This document shows, in pieces, positions 26,510-27,690 of a DNA stretch of 27,690 nt; the first letter of the stretch is position 1, and every line of letters starts with the position of its first letter. A program made the translations under genes and the position numbers. The DNA comes from Deltaproteobacteria bacterium (GTDB lineage Bacteria; Desulfobacterota; DSM-4660; Desulfatiglandales; Desulfatiglandaceae): assembly GCA_011051075.1 (NCBI GenBank), contig DREN01000381.1, positions 1 through 27,690 of the forward strand. The letters run 5' to 3'. The notes under the pieces are model-generated. The model saw nothing but the letters and a program-made list of their open reading frames with translations. It did no database searches and was not told the origin of the DNA.

Positions 26510-27304
26510 GTGATAAGAGAGATAAGCGTATGCGTGAAGGGAGGCGGAGATCTGGCCTCGGGTGTGGCATGGAGACTTCACCGGTGCGGGTTCAGGGTCC
26601 TCATAACGGAGATCTCAAGGCCCATGGCCGTGAGGCGCAGGGTGGCCTTCAGCGAGGCCGTTTATGACGGCCATGCAGAGGTGGAGGGGGTAGGGGCACG
26701 GCTGGTACAGGCACCGGATGAGGTAAGCCGGGTCTGGGACCAGGGCAGGATACCGCTACTGGTTGATCCGGAGTGCAGGGTGGCAAAGACCCTTGCCCCC
26801 CGGGTGATGGTCGATGCGATCCTGGCCAAGAAAAACACCGGGACCCGCATGGAAGACGCCCCCCTTGTCATCGCCCTGGGGCCTGGGTTTGAGGCGGGCA
26901 GGGACGCCCATTTTGTGGTGGAGACCAACCGGGGCCATTATCTGGGACGGCTCATCACCGAGGGCAGCGCAGAACCCAACACCGGGGTGCCAGGGGCCGT
27001 TGCCGGAATATCAGTGGACCGTGTTCTGCGGGCCCCTTGTGAAGGGATATGGGAGAGCGGGTGCGAAATCGGGGAGATGGTGAGCAGGGGAGACACCCTG
27101 GGATCGGTGGACGGTCAACCGGTCAAGGCCCTCATAAGCGGGGTCCTGCGGGGGATGATCCGTCCCTGCATCCCGGTTACTGCGGGTCTCAAGATCGGAG
27201 ATATAGATCCCAGGGGGGTGAGGGAGCACTGCTTCACCATTTCCGAAAAGGCCCTGGCCATAGCCGGCGGAGTCCTTGAGGGGATACTCATCTCCTCCCG
27301 CTAA
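26510..27304 (+). CDS. yqeB: Selenium-dependent molybdenum hydroxylase system protein, YqeB family
   Basis: KGGGDLASGVAWRL, RRRVAFSEA, DAILAKKNTGT, ALGPGF, ETNRGHYLG, KIGDIDPRG, ISEKALAIAGGVLE. Confidence 0.88.
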   Translation: MIREISVCVKGGGDLASGVAWRLHRCGFRVLITEISRPMAVRRRVAFSEAVYDGHAEVEGVGARLVQAPDEVSRVWDQGRIPLLVDPECRVAKTLAPRVMVDAILAKKNTGTRMEDAPLVIALGPGFEAGRDAHFVVETNRGHYLGRLITEGSAEPNTGVPGAVAGISVDRVLRAPCEGIWESGCEIGEMVSRGDTLGSVDGQPVKALISGVLRGMIRPCIPVTAGLKIGDIDPRGVREHCFTISEKALAIAGGVLEGILISSR

Positions 27305-27690
27305 TCGGCAACCAGCCTCCTTGCAATCCCCATGGCCTCATCCATCATCCGGTCAAACAGCTCTTTTACCGTTGGTATATCATGGACCATGCCGATACCC
27401 TGACCGCATGAGATAATCCCCGCGTCCAGGTCCCCCTCCCTGTACATCTTCCTGGCCTTTTCACCTGCGGCTATGTTGAGGATCTCGGGCAGATCCGCCT
27501 GGTTTTTCTCAAGCTCCAGTATCCTGTTGGCCGCCCTGTTGTTCCAGACCCTGTGGGTGGCGCCGATGGAACGCATGACCAGCATGGTGTCAAGTTCGCT
27601 GGCGTTCACAAGGGCCTCCTTGAGCCTCTCATGTATGGGGGCCTCCTGGGTCGCCAGGAGGCGTGTGCCGATAATAACCGCCTGCGCGCC
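27301..27690 (-). CDS. Nitronate monooxygenase / FabK-like flavin oxidoreductase, C-terminal part; truncated by the window edge
   Basis: The frame is open to the edge: GAQAVIIGTRLLATQEAPIH...SCGQGIGMVHDIPTVKELFDRM. Confidence 0.82.
   Translation of the reverse strand, partial: GAQAVIIGTRLLATQEAPIHERLKEALVNASELDTMLVMRSIGATHRVWNNRAANRILELEKNQADLPEILNIAAGEKARKMYREGDLDAGIISCGQGIGMVHDIPTVKELFDRMMDEAMGIARRLVAD

Overview
This window is bacterial chromosome at moderate-to-high GC; gene content and order point to Desulfobacterota (former Deltaproteobacteria), which is an inference. (1) 1-6679 is an accessory, co-oriented module: the 3' end of a sensor histidine kinase, a stand-alone receiver protein, a receiver-CBS fusion, an atypical DASS/SLC13 transporter, an unlisted 51-aa membrane peptide, a Yip1-domain protein and a putative porin. 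(2) 6731-10219 holds a glutamine-dependent NAD+ synthetase divergent from a NifA-like GAF-AAA-HTH sigma54 activator, with a sigma70-type promoter visible for each. (3) 10399-20971 is a tightly overlapped housekeeping run: phoH, 7TM-HD hydrolase, ybeY, pdxJ, acpS, CBS protein, tsaE, lysC, ComEA-like protein, tsaD, DUF2062-like protein, rsmA. (4) 21261-27304 carries panC, metK, ahcY, glnS and yqeB, converging on a truncated nitronate-monooxygenase-family gene. The intergenic gaps contain two intact ~131-bp non-autonomous elements, plus one degenerate copy, that share terminal inverted repeats but carry different internal repeat cargo. Several short-period repeat tracts and a structured leader before panC are also present. 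I see no rRNA, tRNA, CRISPR array, transposase or phage gene. All family assignments come from motif recognition, not database searches.
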